A stretch of DNA of 64,000 bases from Candidatus Harrisonbacteria bacterium (GTDB taxonomy: Bacteria > Patescibacteriota > Minisyncoccia > UBA6257 > UBA11618), in contig VGJO01000001.1 in the NCBI GenBank assembly GCA_016867415.1, positions 80,052 through 144,051 of the forward strand, read 5' to 3'. A model generated the notes under the pieces. That model worked only from the letters and a program-made list of their open reading frames with translations. It ran no database searches and was not told the origin of the DNA. Positions 28,140-36,200 of this stretch are shown here, piece after piece; position 1 is the stretch's first letter, and each line of letters begins with the position of its first letter. A program made the position numbers and the translations under genes.

Positions 28140-28835
28140 ATGCAACAGAAAGTTAGTCAGTTGATGGGTAACGGCCTTTTGAAACAAGGGTGTTACGAAG
28201 CTGCAGTCAAGTGCTTTATTGCTGCTAGTGATCATGAAAAAATCATCACCTGTGGCAACGAGTGCCTGAAGAGCGGCAAGCTCAAAGAAGGTCTGCAAGC
28301 CTACGAAGCATTAGGGAGGATGATTCCACCCGAACTGCTCATTGCTTGTGGCGATGCGATCGTGGAGCATAACTATGGTCACGGCTATTGTTATGCGATT
28401 AAGGCCTACCAGATGGCCGGTGCTTCGAGCAAACTCATCGCCTTTGGCGAGCGAATTCTTGGAGAAATTTCGAGTGACAATTCTAGAAGAGACAATGAGT
28501 ACTATTATGGGCTTGTCGTCGAGGCTTTTATAGCCAGCGGATCACTCGAAAAAATCCTAGAGATTGCCCGCTGCTGTTACAATGGTGGATTTTTGGAGCT
28601 TGCCTTGAAAGCCTATGAGGTCGTAAGGGATAGGGCTAGTCTCATTGAGCTCGGAGATCGATACGTGCGTATTGGAGATTACTCCCATGCCGCACATTCA
28701 TTTTCCATCGCTTCCTCCTGGGAAAAGCTAATTGAGGTTGGAGACCATCTCATAAAGGACGGCTATGAAGATAAGGCCCTAGGGTTTTATAAGCAAGCAA
28801 TCGAACTATATGAGCAATCCAAACTAGTTAGCTGA
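28140..28835 (+). CDS. hypothetical protein built from ~6 degenerate ~35-aa helical repeats (LIxxGDxxxxxG...A...Y)
   Basis: Repeats ELLIACGDAIVEHNYGHGY, KLIAFGERILGEI, SLIELGDRYVRIGDY, KLIEVGDHLIKDGYEDKALGFY. GC-rich relative to flanks. Confidence 0.5.
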   Translation: MQQKVSQLMGNGLLKQGCYEAAVKCFIAASDHEKIITCGNECLKSGKLKEGLQAYEALGRMIPPELLIACGDAIVEHNYGHGYCYAIKAYQMAGASSKLIAFGERILGEISSDNSRRDNEYYYGLVVEAFIASGSLEKILEIARCCYNGGFLELALKAYEVVRDRASLIELGDRYVRIGDYSHAAHSFSIASSWEKLIEVGDHLIKDGYEDKALGFYKQAIELYEQSKLVS

Positions 28836-28855
28836 GATCCATCTCGCCCTAAATA

Positions 28856-28897
28856 CCCCAACGATCACGTCATGTGATCCGCGGGGTTTTTCTTTTC
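28856..28897 (+). terminator. intrinsic terminator
   Basis: Palindrome gatcacgtcatgtgatc extended by cccc/gggg, followed by TTTTT. Confidence 0.55.
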
Positions 28898-28980
28898 TAA
28901 AAAGTTAAGATTCTTACTCTATTTAGTAAAAATGTATGAACGTCGGCTTTCTAGGAAATTATAAAACTTCGCATTACACC

Positions 28981-29158
28981 ACGCGAAGTAATTTTGAGTC
29001 GAGTTTACGATTTATTTCTGAGGACAAGCCCGGGAGCACTACTAAGAAAAAGGTATGTCGAAGGTATGGAGTACTCTCCGTACCGGAGATCTCGAGTGCT
29101 CTCGAGGTGAAGGACTTACCGGAAGAAAAAATCGCAAAATTGGCCAAAAGTACGAGCG
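28981..29158 (+). repeat. long variant (with ~55-nt internal insertion) of dispersed structured repeat
   Basis: acgcgaagtaattttgagtcgagtttacgattt...gggagcactactaag + insertion ggtatggagtactctccgtacc / ctcgagtgctctcgag + ggaagaaaaaatcgcaaaattggccaaaagtacgagcg. Confidence 0.6.
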
Positions 29159-29163
29159 CCTTA

Positions 29164-31035
29164 TCAGATGGATAGGTCGGGTCGGAGTAATTGCAACTTA
29201 CTCCTCAATCTTCCCAATTCCTTCTGATCCCCCTCCTCCATCGCAATCCGTGCCTGAATCTGGATAAATTCAATGCGAGTAGGCGAATAATCTTCCCCTG
29301 TTTTAGCAAGTGCTTTTGCTTTCTCACTATATTGCGGATTTTTTGTCGCTTCAAATGCCGCCATGTAGAGCAAGTTGTATATATAGTGATTTTTTATACC
29401 TGGATAGATCGTGGGCTCATACCATTTGTCCGCCATCCCTAGTACTCGGTTCATGAAGTTAGGATCTCGAGGAAGCGCCGGGTTTTCCTTTTGAGCCATT
29501 TGAATCGCATTTTGCAAAAAGAGGAAGAGACTACTTTCTAGCTCTGACTGCCCTACTACCGACTTATATTGCAATGCCTTCTCATAGTCATTCAGCGCTT
29601 GGTCTAAATTTTTCGCATTATAGACCGCCGATGTGATAAGGAGGACATTTTTTCGATAAATAGTGTAAGTGAGACCAAATCCAGTAAGGAGTAATAAGAC
29701 AATGACTGCCTGCCCTCCTGCTCGCGTAAAAGTTAGTTGTTTTCTTTGCGTCATAAGCTTAGAAAGAGCTGTTTCCTCAAGAAAGCCGGCGGTGTTTGCT
29801 GTGTAAAAAGCCAGGAAGAGAAAAAGCATGAGATACGTTGGCAAGATGGCAAAGATAGTCAGTCCCTGGATGATAAACATAAGCGGCATGATAAGAAAAA
29901 TAATCCGCCATATTCCCGAAGGAATCTTTTTTAAGCTCATATAGTAGGCGATAAAGATTCCAATATAAGCAAGAAGGAGAAGGATTCCCCCATTCATTAA
30001 TTCGTCAATAAAGATATTATGAGCCCGATCAAACCATGACTCTCTTCCAAAGTGATTGGGATTATAATACATATCAAAGACCGAAGGGAAACTCTCCGCT
30101 CCATACCCCAAAAGTGGTCGTTCTAAAAATCCTTGGTACGCTGATCCCCAGGTCCAAAAACGAGTATTAAATGCTTCTAGAATATTTCCTCCCTTTTCTG
30201 CTGAAACAAGAAAAAGTGAGCCAAAAGTAATAAAGCTAATAAGAAGGACTAAAAACGCATAGAAAAAAGTCTTTGCTTTTTTATTAAGCTTCTCGAAGTA
30301 ATAGAGATGAAGGTGGGGGATGAGAAGCAAGAGTCCGACTACGCCGCCAATTCCCACTGCCCCCAAAGCCGCTGTCGTCTTTGATCGGTAAAAAACGAAG
30401 ATCGCCCAAAGAGTGTACCAGGCAAGCATAGTCCAGGTTTTCACCGATTTTGTATTCTGACTCATCCAATAAAGGTAAAAGAAGATAAATATCATATAGC
30501 CTCCAAGATACGAGGCATTTCCTAATGTTCCTGCTACCTGTGAGGCACTTCCAATGAAAAAACTAGGTGCTATACCGAAAGCCTGCGCGGTCGCATAGAG
30601 CATCACATAGAGAGTCTCAATAAGGAGAAATGAGATGAGCCATTTCCAATGCTGTTTCGTTGTATAGGTGGAGATAAGAAGCACGTAAAAAGTCACATAG
30701 TGAATGATTTGAAATCCCCCTTCCGCCCGTTCAAAGTTAGACCAAAAAGAAAAACCTGGGTTGATTCCAGTAAGTGAAGTAAGGACATAAAAAAATGCAT
30801 ATGCAAGAACTGCGATCGAGACCGGATGCCTCAACCGTTCTTTGATGACTGTCCAGTACCCCGGATTATAAATGAGATAACTCAAGAGGCAAAAAAGGGC
30901 GATTTCCACCATCGATCGGAAATAGAGCGCCTTTCCGGTAATAAAGGGGAAGTACAAACCTCGGGTAACAAGGAGAAATGAAAGAAGTGCCGCCCCGGTA
31001 AAAATCCGCGCCGCTCTGATAAAAAAAGTATTCAT
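29164..31035 (-). CDS. Wzy_C (O-antigen ligase/PglL-like) polytopic membrane protein with C-terminal TPR-like domain
   Basis: About 11 TM segments, YNPNHFGRESWFDRAHNIFIDELMNGGILLLLAY loop motif typical of the Wzy_C family. C-terminal soluble helical repeats. Confidence 0.7.
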   Translation of the reverse strand: MNTFFIRAARIFTGAALLSFLLVTRGLYFPFITGKALYFRSMVEIALFCLLSYLIYNPGYWTVIKERLRHPVSIAVLAYAFFYVLTSLTGINPGFSFWSNFERAEGGFQIIHYVTFYVLLISTYTTKQHWKWLISFLLIETLYVMLYATAQAFGIAPSFFIGSASQVAGTLGNASYLGGYMIFIFFYLYWMSQNTKSVKTWTMLAWYTLWAIFVFYRSKTTAALGAVGIGGVVGLLLLIPHLHLYYFEKLNKKAKTFFYAFLVLLISFITFGSLFLVSAEKGGNILEAFNTRFWTWGSAYQGFLERPLLGYGAESFPSVFDMYYNPNHFGRESWFDRAHNIFIDELMNGGILLLLAYIGIFIAYYMSLKKIPSGIWRIIFLIMPLMFIIQGLTIFAILPTYLMLFLFLAFYTANTAGFLEETALSKLMTQRKQLTFTRAGGQAVIVLLLLTGFGLTYTIYRKNVLLITSAVYNAKNLDQALNDYEKALQYKSVVGQSELESSLFLFLQNAIQMAQKENPALPRDPNFMNRVLGMADKWYEPTIYPGIKNHYIYNLLYMAAFEATKNPQYSEKAKALAKTGEDYSPTRIEFIQIQARIAMEEGDQKELGRLRSKLQLLRPDLSI

Positions 31036-31145
31036 AAAGAAGTTCTATTTATTGTATCGTCCCTTATCTATTTTCTCAAAGACACGAGGTAGTAATTATG
31101 TAAATATTTGCAAACTTATTGCTATCTATTATACTTCTCACCGCT

Positions 31146-31964
31146 ATGATTACCCCTCACATTTCTGGAAAAGATGCCGCCTTCCGCCTTCTCCGAGCCT
31201 CTCTTCATGTTCGCCGCTCCGAGCTCCGCATTCGTCTTGAGTATTGGGTTTTTGAACTCCTCGAATCCTGTGCTGTGGGCGATAGAGACCGTATTGCTCG
31301 CTCCCTTTCTGTTGCCTCTGAGCTTATTGCCTTTGCCGAACAAATAAATGAGCTTGATCCTATTTCTTACCAGGAGTTAATTTCCTCACTGGAAGGAATA
31401 GAAGAAAAGTGGAAGGATATGAAAGAATTAAAAAAAGAGGATATTTCAGAAAATTTCCCTATTAGGCAAAATACGGCAAAAGAAGAAAATATAAATACGG
31501 CAATAAGGCAAAAAAAGGAAATTTTAGAAAATAATACGGCAATATACGGCAATAATTCTTATAAAAAAGAAAAAGAAGTATCTTCAAATTCAACGGAAAA
31601 GGAAGTTGAAAAAGAATCCCGTGGTTTTAGTCATCTCTTAAGTGGAGAAACCTTCTCTTCTGAAGACCCTCGTTCTTCTTATCTCGATGAAGCCCCTATT
31701 ATATCTTCTTCAGAAACCATAAAAAACTCTGAAAGAGAAGAAGATCTTGATAATAACAGTCCTCGGACAATCATGCGCCAAAGCGCCATTCTTCGCAGAG
31801 TTCGGGAAAGTGGTGGATTAGGCTGCCGCTTAAAGGAGTTAATTGAGGAATTTCCCCAGGTTTCCGAGCGTACTCTTCGCTACGATCTCGAACGCCTGAT
31901 TAATCAAGGTCATATTATTCGCGTAGGTCAAGGCCCAGTCTCCACCTATCTTAGTAAGTCTTAA
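31146..31964 (+). CDS. hypothetical protein with C-terminal winged-helix/HTH-like domain; internal 10-nt DNA tandem repeats
   Basis: C-terminus LRRVRESGGLGCRLKELIEEFPQVSERTLRYDLERLINQGHIIRV resembles a DeoR/HTH_11-type wHTH. DNA aatacggcaa repeated 4 times. Start uncertain (TTG 31119 or ATG 31146). Confidence 0.4.
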   Translation: MITPHISGKDAAFRLLRASLHVRRSELRIRLEYWVFELLESCAVGDRDRIARSLSVASELIAFAEQINELDPISYQELISSLEGIEEKWKDMKELKKEDISENFPIRQNTAKEENINTAIRQKKEILENNTAIYGNNSYKKEKEVSSNSTEKEVEKESRGFSHLLSGETFSSEDPRSSYLDEAPIISSSETIKNSEREEDLDNNSPRTIMRQSAILRRVRESGGLGCRLKELIEEFPQVSERTLRYDLERLINQGHIIRVGQGPVSTYLSKS

Positions 31965-32247
31965 ATTAGCAAAAAAGCTAAAAATAAAGCCTATTTTTAA
32001 AAGAATAAGTATGTATAGTATGTATTATAATTATGCAACTTAAATTTTAATATTCCTACCGTAACTCTTTTAACTCTCTCTCGTTGTAATAATTGCAGAA
32101 ACGACAGACTATATCCGCGTGGCCGTTCTTATTAATTGACTTTCGGCAGCTAAGTACGCTAGTATATAGCTGCTAATAATACATAAAGAACTGATCCCGT
32201 GTGAGGCTGGATTGGCTCAAAAAGGCTCATTATCTGGGCCATTTTGC

Positions 32248-32270
32248 CACCGACCTTACCGTCGGTTTTT
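32248..32270 (+). terminator. intrinsic terminator with no annotated upstream ORF
   Basis: Stem accgac/gtcggt, 6-nt loop, T6. No ORF between 31964 and this hairpin. Confidence 0.55.
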
Positions 32271-32426
32271 TGTTATTAGTGGTTACCCCTCTCTTTTGCC
32301 AAGACAGAAAAGCAGTAAAAGCTCAATGTCAAAAAACAAATTGGTCGATAAGAATTAGGTAGCTTGATATGTCAATACAAATTACATTACTAACTAGAAT
32401 TCTTTAAGAAACGTTAATCATAAAAA

Positions 32427-35400
32427 ATGAACAGTCATTTCAGAAAAATCACGTCCGTGGCGGTTTCCGCTACGACCGTGGCCTGGTTGTCTGGTGCTTC
32501 GATGCTTATGCCCGCGGCTTTTGCCCAGAGCGTGACCGATGTTGCTAGTCTTCAGGCGCTTATTGCTCAGCTTACTGCGCAGCTTGCGGCTTTGCAGGGC
32601 AGTGGTTCTGCTTCGACCGGTGTTTCCGTTGCGGGTATTCCCGCCGGATTTCAGTTTACCAGCAACCTCACTGTTGGTAGCCGAGGCACCGATGTGAAGT
32701 ATCTTCAGATGCTTTTGAACGCGGATTCCGCTACTCAAGTTGCCGCTTCCGGCGCTGGCTCTCGTGGTTTAGAGACCGATTCCTTCGGTCCTCGCACCAA
32801 GGCGGCTGTAGCAAAGTTCCAAAATAAATATGCGAGCGAAGTTTTGACTCCTGCTGGTCTTACTACTGGTACTGGTTACTGGGGTGCGGCCACTCGTGCC
32901 AAGGCTAACTCGATCGTAATGGCAGGCGGCAGTACTACTCCTACTCCGACTCCTACGCCGGGCATTACTGGCGCGGTAGTTGTTTCCCTTGCTAGCGACA
33001 CTCCGGTGGCGTCAAACGTCCCGAAGGGCGCTTCGCAAATTCCATTTACCAAGCTTGTCTTCACTGGCAACGGCAGAATCGATTCTTTGACCTTTAAGCG
33101 GGTCGGCGTCGGTCAGACCGGCGACTTTGTCTCAAGTGGTATCAACCTCTATGAGGGTGCCACTCGTTTGACCACTGGCAAGACTATCAATTCCACCAGC
33201 CACGAGGTGAACTTCCCGAACTTGAATCTTCAAGTAAGCGGTACTCGCACTCTCTTGCTCGCTGCGGACATTAGTTCCAGCGCGACCTCTGGTGATTTGA
33301 ACGGTTTCACTCTTATCAGTGCGATCATCGATGGTAAGACTCAGGCTACCGATATTCGTGGCGCTCAGATTGCTATCTCGGGAGCTTCCGTCGGTGCTGC
33401 GACCAGCACCAAGCAGGGCTCTCTCTCCAATCCGAACGTTGGTCAGGTTGCTGCCAAGGTTTCCGAGTTCAAGATTACCGCTGGGACTGCGGAAGATATC
33501 ATGGTAAAGAAAATCGTCTTGACCAATGGTGGCTCGATGAGCTCTGCTAATCTCACTAATGTGACCATTAAGCAAAGTGGTACCACTCTTGGTACTGCTG
33601 CTGCGGTCTCTGGTCGAGATCTCTTTGTGGTTGACTTCACCACTCCTCTTCAGATCTTAAAGGGTCAGTCGAAGAATTTCGAAGTCTTTGGTAACATCAG
33701 TCCTTTGGCGAAGAGAGCGGAAACTATCAAGCTCTATCTTGATACGACCTCTGATATCTTTGCAACTGGTGCTACCTACGGTTATGGCGTCTCGATGGAC
33801 ATCAGCGAATTTGATTCCGATTCGTCTAATCACCACGTCTTAACTCTCTCTGGCGCTGAAGTAACCATCACCTTCAATGGTCCGGTTGCTCGCAATATTC
33901 CGGTCCGTGGTCAGGATGTCACTTTGTTTGACTTCTCGATCGCTTCCGCGAATAACATCGAAATCCGCAACTCGTCCTTCACTGTGGCGATTGCCAACTG
34001 GGCGTCTGGTGACGAAGTCACCGATTTCAAGGTTATTGATGCGTCTACTGGCGCGGCGGTAACGAGTGCTACCACTATTGGTGACTCGGCTGCTACCGAA
34101 TCAGTATCCTTCACTGACACTATTAATATTGCTGCCGGCCAGACCCGCAAGTTCTTGGTAACTGGTGACATCAGCTCCACTATGGATGCTAGCGACACTA
34201 TTACTGTGACCTTGGGTGCCTTTGGTTCCAGCTCTATTAAGAACTTGGATAACAACCAGTTTGTCAGCACTTCGGATATCGTTCCTGCTACTGCGATCGC
34301 GGGTAACACTCAGACCGTAAAGGCAGTAACGCTCGATGTGACTCTCTCTGGTACTCCCGCTTCCCACAATGTGGTAAAGGGTTCCTCCAACGAACAGCTT
34401 GTTGGCTTCAATTTGAAGGCGACCAGCGGTAAGGTTCGTGTGAGCTCCTTGACGGTTTCCGCTTCGGCGGCTCCCGGTAGCGAAACCCAGGTTCGCAATG
34501 ACCTTCGCAGTGCTTCTCTCTTGATTGACGGCGTAATGGTCGGATCTAAGAAGAGTTTCACTGATGAGGGAGATGTTTCCTCTGCTGCCTTTGACAATTT
34601 GAATTACGAGATTGAAGAAGGTAAGACCGTGAAAGCGGTTGTGCAGGTGGATCAGATCTCGACCGATGCGACTTCGGGCAATGTGTATCGTGCGTACATC
34701 AATGATCTCTCCGCTGATATCTCGGCGACTGATGTTGATGGCAATGCGCTTTCCTTGTCTGGTAGTGTCAACGGTGGCGACACGACTGCTGGTACTGTGA
34801 CTGTGACTGTCGCTACTCCGACCGTGCAGATTTCTAAGATCGATGATCAGGAGACCGAAGAGGGCCTTGTCGTCGGTGGTCAGGAACAGCGCTTGGCGAA
34901 GTTTGAAGTCTTTGCTCAGTACTCTGATGTCCGAATTAATAAGTGGCGTGTTGGTGTAAACACCTCGGCTGCCGCGGGCACCACCACTGCTCTTAATGAG
35001 GAGGTCAAAGAAATTCGTCTCTATGACGGCGCCACTCTTATTGCCTCTGGAGTTCCTTCTGGTAGCGGTGCGGATGCGGGTGCGGTCAAGTTTGAGAACA
35101 CTGCTGGTCTCTTCTCGGTTGCTGCAAACAGCACCAAGAAGATTGAGGTTCGCGCCATGTTGGGTGAAGTGACTGGTGTGACTGGTGGCGCTGACACTGG
35201 TTCGAGTATTGTCGCCTATTCTTCAAGTTCTGACTTTGAAGCGGTCGCTGGCAACACTCAACTCACGACCTTCTCTTCGACCACTCCTCCTATCGGCAAT
35301 ATCAAGAGACTCTATCGCAGCATTCCGACTGTGGATGTCTCAAGTCCCTCAAGCGCTGTCCTTACGGCTGGCGAAGTTGAGGCCTTGAAGTTCACGATCT

Positions 35401-35864
35401 CTGCTGATCCGAAGGGTGATGTTGATGTAGCAAGAGTCGAGTTCGAAGTGTCCGTGAGCAACGCTACTATTACTGCTGACAGTATTGTGGTTCGATATGC
35501 TGGGAGCAATATCACGCTTTCAACGTCCACTATCATTGCGGCAAATCCTTCTACCACTACCGCTTCGGGTACCATTTCGTTCACTACTCCGGAGAGAATC
35601 AGCGCCGGCCAGTCTAAGACCTACTCTGTGTTCTTGACTGTTGGGGCGGTTGGTTCCGGATCTGCGTCGCTTGTCACCAAGCTTCTCAGAGACGAAACAG
35701 CTTTTGCCACTCCGGCCTCCCGCGCGAGCTTGGACGTTACTGCGAATTCCTTCGTATGGAGCGATCGCGGTATCTCGCCTCACAGCGTGAGCACTGCCGA
35801 CTTTCACAATGGCTTCAGAGTGAAGACTCTTCCCTCTGGCGCCAAGGCTTTATCTAAGAGCTAA
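32427..35864 (+). CDS. large secreted cell-surface protein: signal peptide, coiled-coil, PG_binding_1-like domain, then tandem Thr/Ser/Gly/Val-rich beta-sandwich-like repeats
   Basis: Signal peptide ...MLMPAAFA-Q. Segment GSRGTDVKYLQMLL...DSFGPRTKAAVAKFQNKY...GYWGAATRAKA resembles a peptidoglycan-binding domain. About 900 aa of repeated approximately 100-aa modules. Markedly GC-rich. Confidence 0.8.
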   Translation: MNSHFRKITSVAVSATTVAWLSGASMLMPAAFAQSVTDVASLQALIAQLTAQLAALQGSGSASTGVSVAGIPAGFQFTSNLTVGSRGTDVKYLQMLLNADSATQVAASGAGSRGLETDSFGPRTKAAVAKFQNKYASEVLTPAGLTTGTGYWGAATRAKANSIVMAGGSTTPTPTPTPGITGAVVVSLASDTPVASNVPKGASQIPFTKLVFTGNGRIDSLTFKRVGVGQTGDFVSSGINLYEGATRLTTGKTINSTSHEVNFPNLNLQVSGTRTLLLAADISSSATSGDLNGFTLISAIIDGKTQATDIRGAQIAISGASVGAATSTKQGSLSNPNVGQVAAKVSEFKITAGTAEDIMVKKIVLTNGGSMSSANLTNVTIKQSGTTLGTAAAVSGRDLFVVDFTTPLQILKGQSKNFEVFGNISPLAKRAETIKLYLDTTSDIFATGATYGYGVSMDISEFDSDSSNHHVLTLSGAEVTITFNGPVARNIPVRGQDVTLFDFSIASANNIEIRNSSFTVAIANWASGDEVTDFKVIDASTGAAVTSATTIGDSAATESVSFTDTINIAAGQTRKFLVTGDISSTMDASDTITVTLGAFGSSSIKNLDNNQFVSTSDIVPATAIAGNTQTVKAVTLDVTLSGTPASHNVVKGSSNEQLVGFNLKATSGKVRVSSLTVSASAAPGSETQVRNDLRSASLLIDGVMVGSKKSFTDEGDVSSAAFDNLNYEIEEGKTVKAVVQVDQISTDATSGNVYRAYINDLSADISATDVDGNALSLSGSVNGGDTTAGTVTVTVATPTVQISKIDDQETEEGLVVGGQEQRLAKFEVFAQYSDVRINKWRVGVNTSAAAGTTTALNEEVKEIRLYDGATLIASGVPSGSGADAGAVKFENTAGLFSVAANSTKKIEVRAMLGEVTGVTGGADTGSSIVAYSSSSDFEAVAGNTQLTTFSSTTPPIGNIKRLYRSIPTVDVSSPSSAVLTAGEVEALKFTISADPKGDVDVARVEFEVSVSNATITADSIVVRYAGSNITLSTSTIIAANPSTTTASGTISFTTPERISAGQSKTYSVFLTVGAVGSGSASLVTKLLRDETAFATPASRASLDVTANSFVWSDRGISPHSVSTADFHNGFRVKTLPSGAKALSKS

Positions 35865-35904
35865 TCCAATTAGCTTCTAGGGAAAACCTAGTGTTATTCG
35901 ACGC

Positions 35905-35934
35905 AAAAATCCCCCTCCCGGGGGATTTTTGTTT
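35905..35934 (+). terminator. intrinsic terminator
   Basis: aaaaatccccc tccc gggggattttt: 7-bp stem with A/T flanks. Confidence 0.75.
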
Positions 35935-36021
35935 TATAACAGTAAGTCCTGTACTTAATCAAAAAAAAATGTTTTAATCTAATATTCCTAATACTTAATT
36001 TTTAAAGATTTTGCCCGTCGC

Positions 36022-36197
36022 CACGCGAAGTAATTTTGGATGGAGTTTGTGATTTCTTTCCGAGGAGCCGCCGCAACGTATAAATAAAAGGTATGTCGAA
36101 GGTACTTAGTACTCTAATACCGGAGATCTCGAGTACTCTCGAGGTGAAGAAGCTAGCACAGAAAAAACTGCGAAAATTCGCCAAAAAACAAGCTTAT
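36022..36197 (+). repeat. long variant (with internal insertion) of dispersed structured repeat, ending 3 nt before GT4 start
   Basis: ccacgcgaagtaattttggatggagtttgtgatttc... + insertion ggtacttagtactctaatacc / ctcgagtactctcgag + ...gaaaaaactgcgaaaattcgccaaaaaacaagctt. Confidence 0.6.
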
Positions 36198-36200
36198 ACC

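Noticed and set aside
28936-29175. 79-aa ORF; also the N-terminal extensions of ORFs starting at 36093 and 24617
   Set aside because: These are translations of copies of the dispersed repeat (MSKVLSTLIPEISSTLEVK... is repeat sequence). Reading frames are not conserved between copies because of indels. True gene starts are 36201 and 24734.
32876-35807. Multiple 60-150-aa ORFs on both strands inside the 32427-35864 gene
   Set aside because: They are internal or antisense to a long, coherent, domain-bearing ORF, as is typical of GC-rich sequence.
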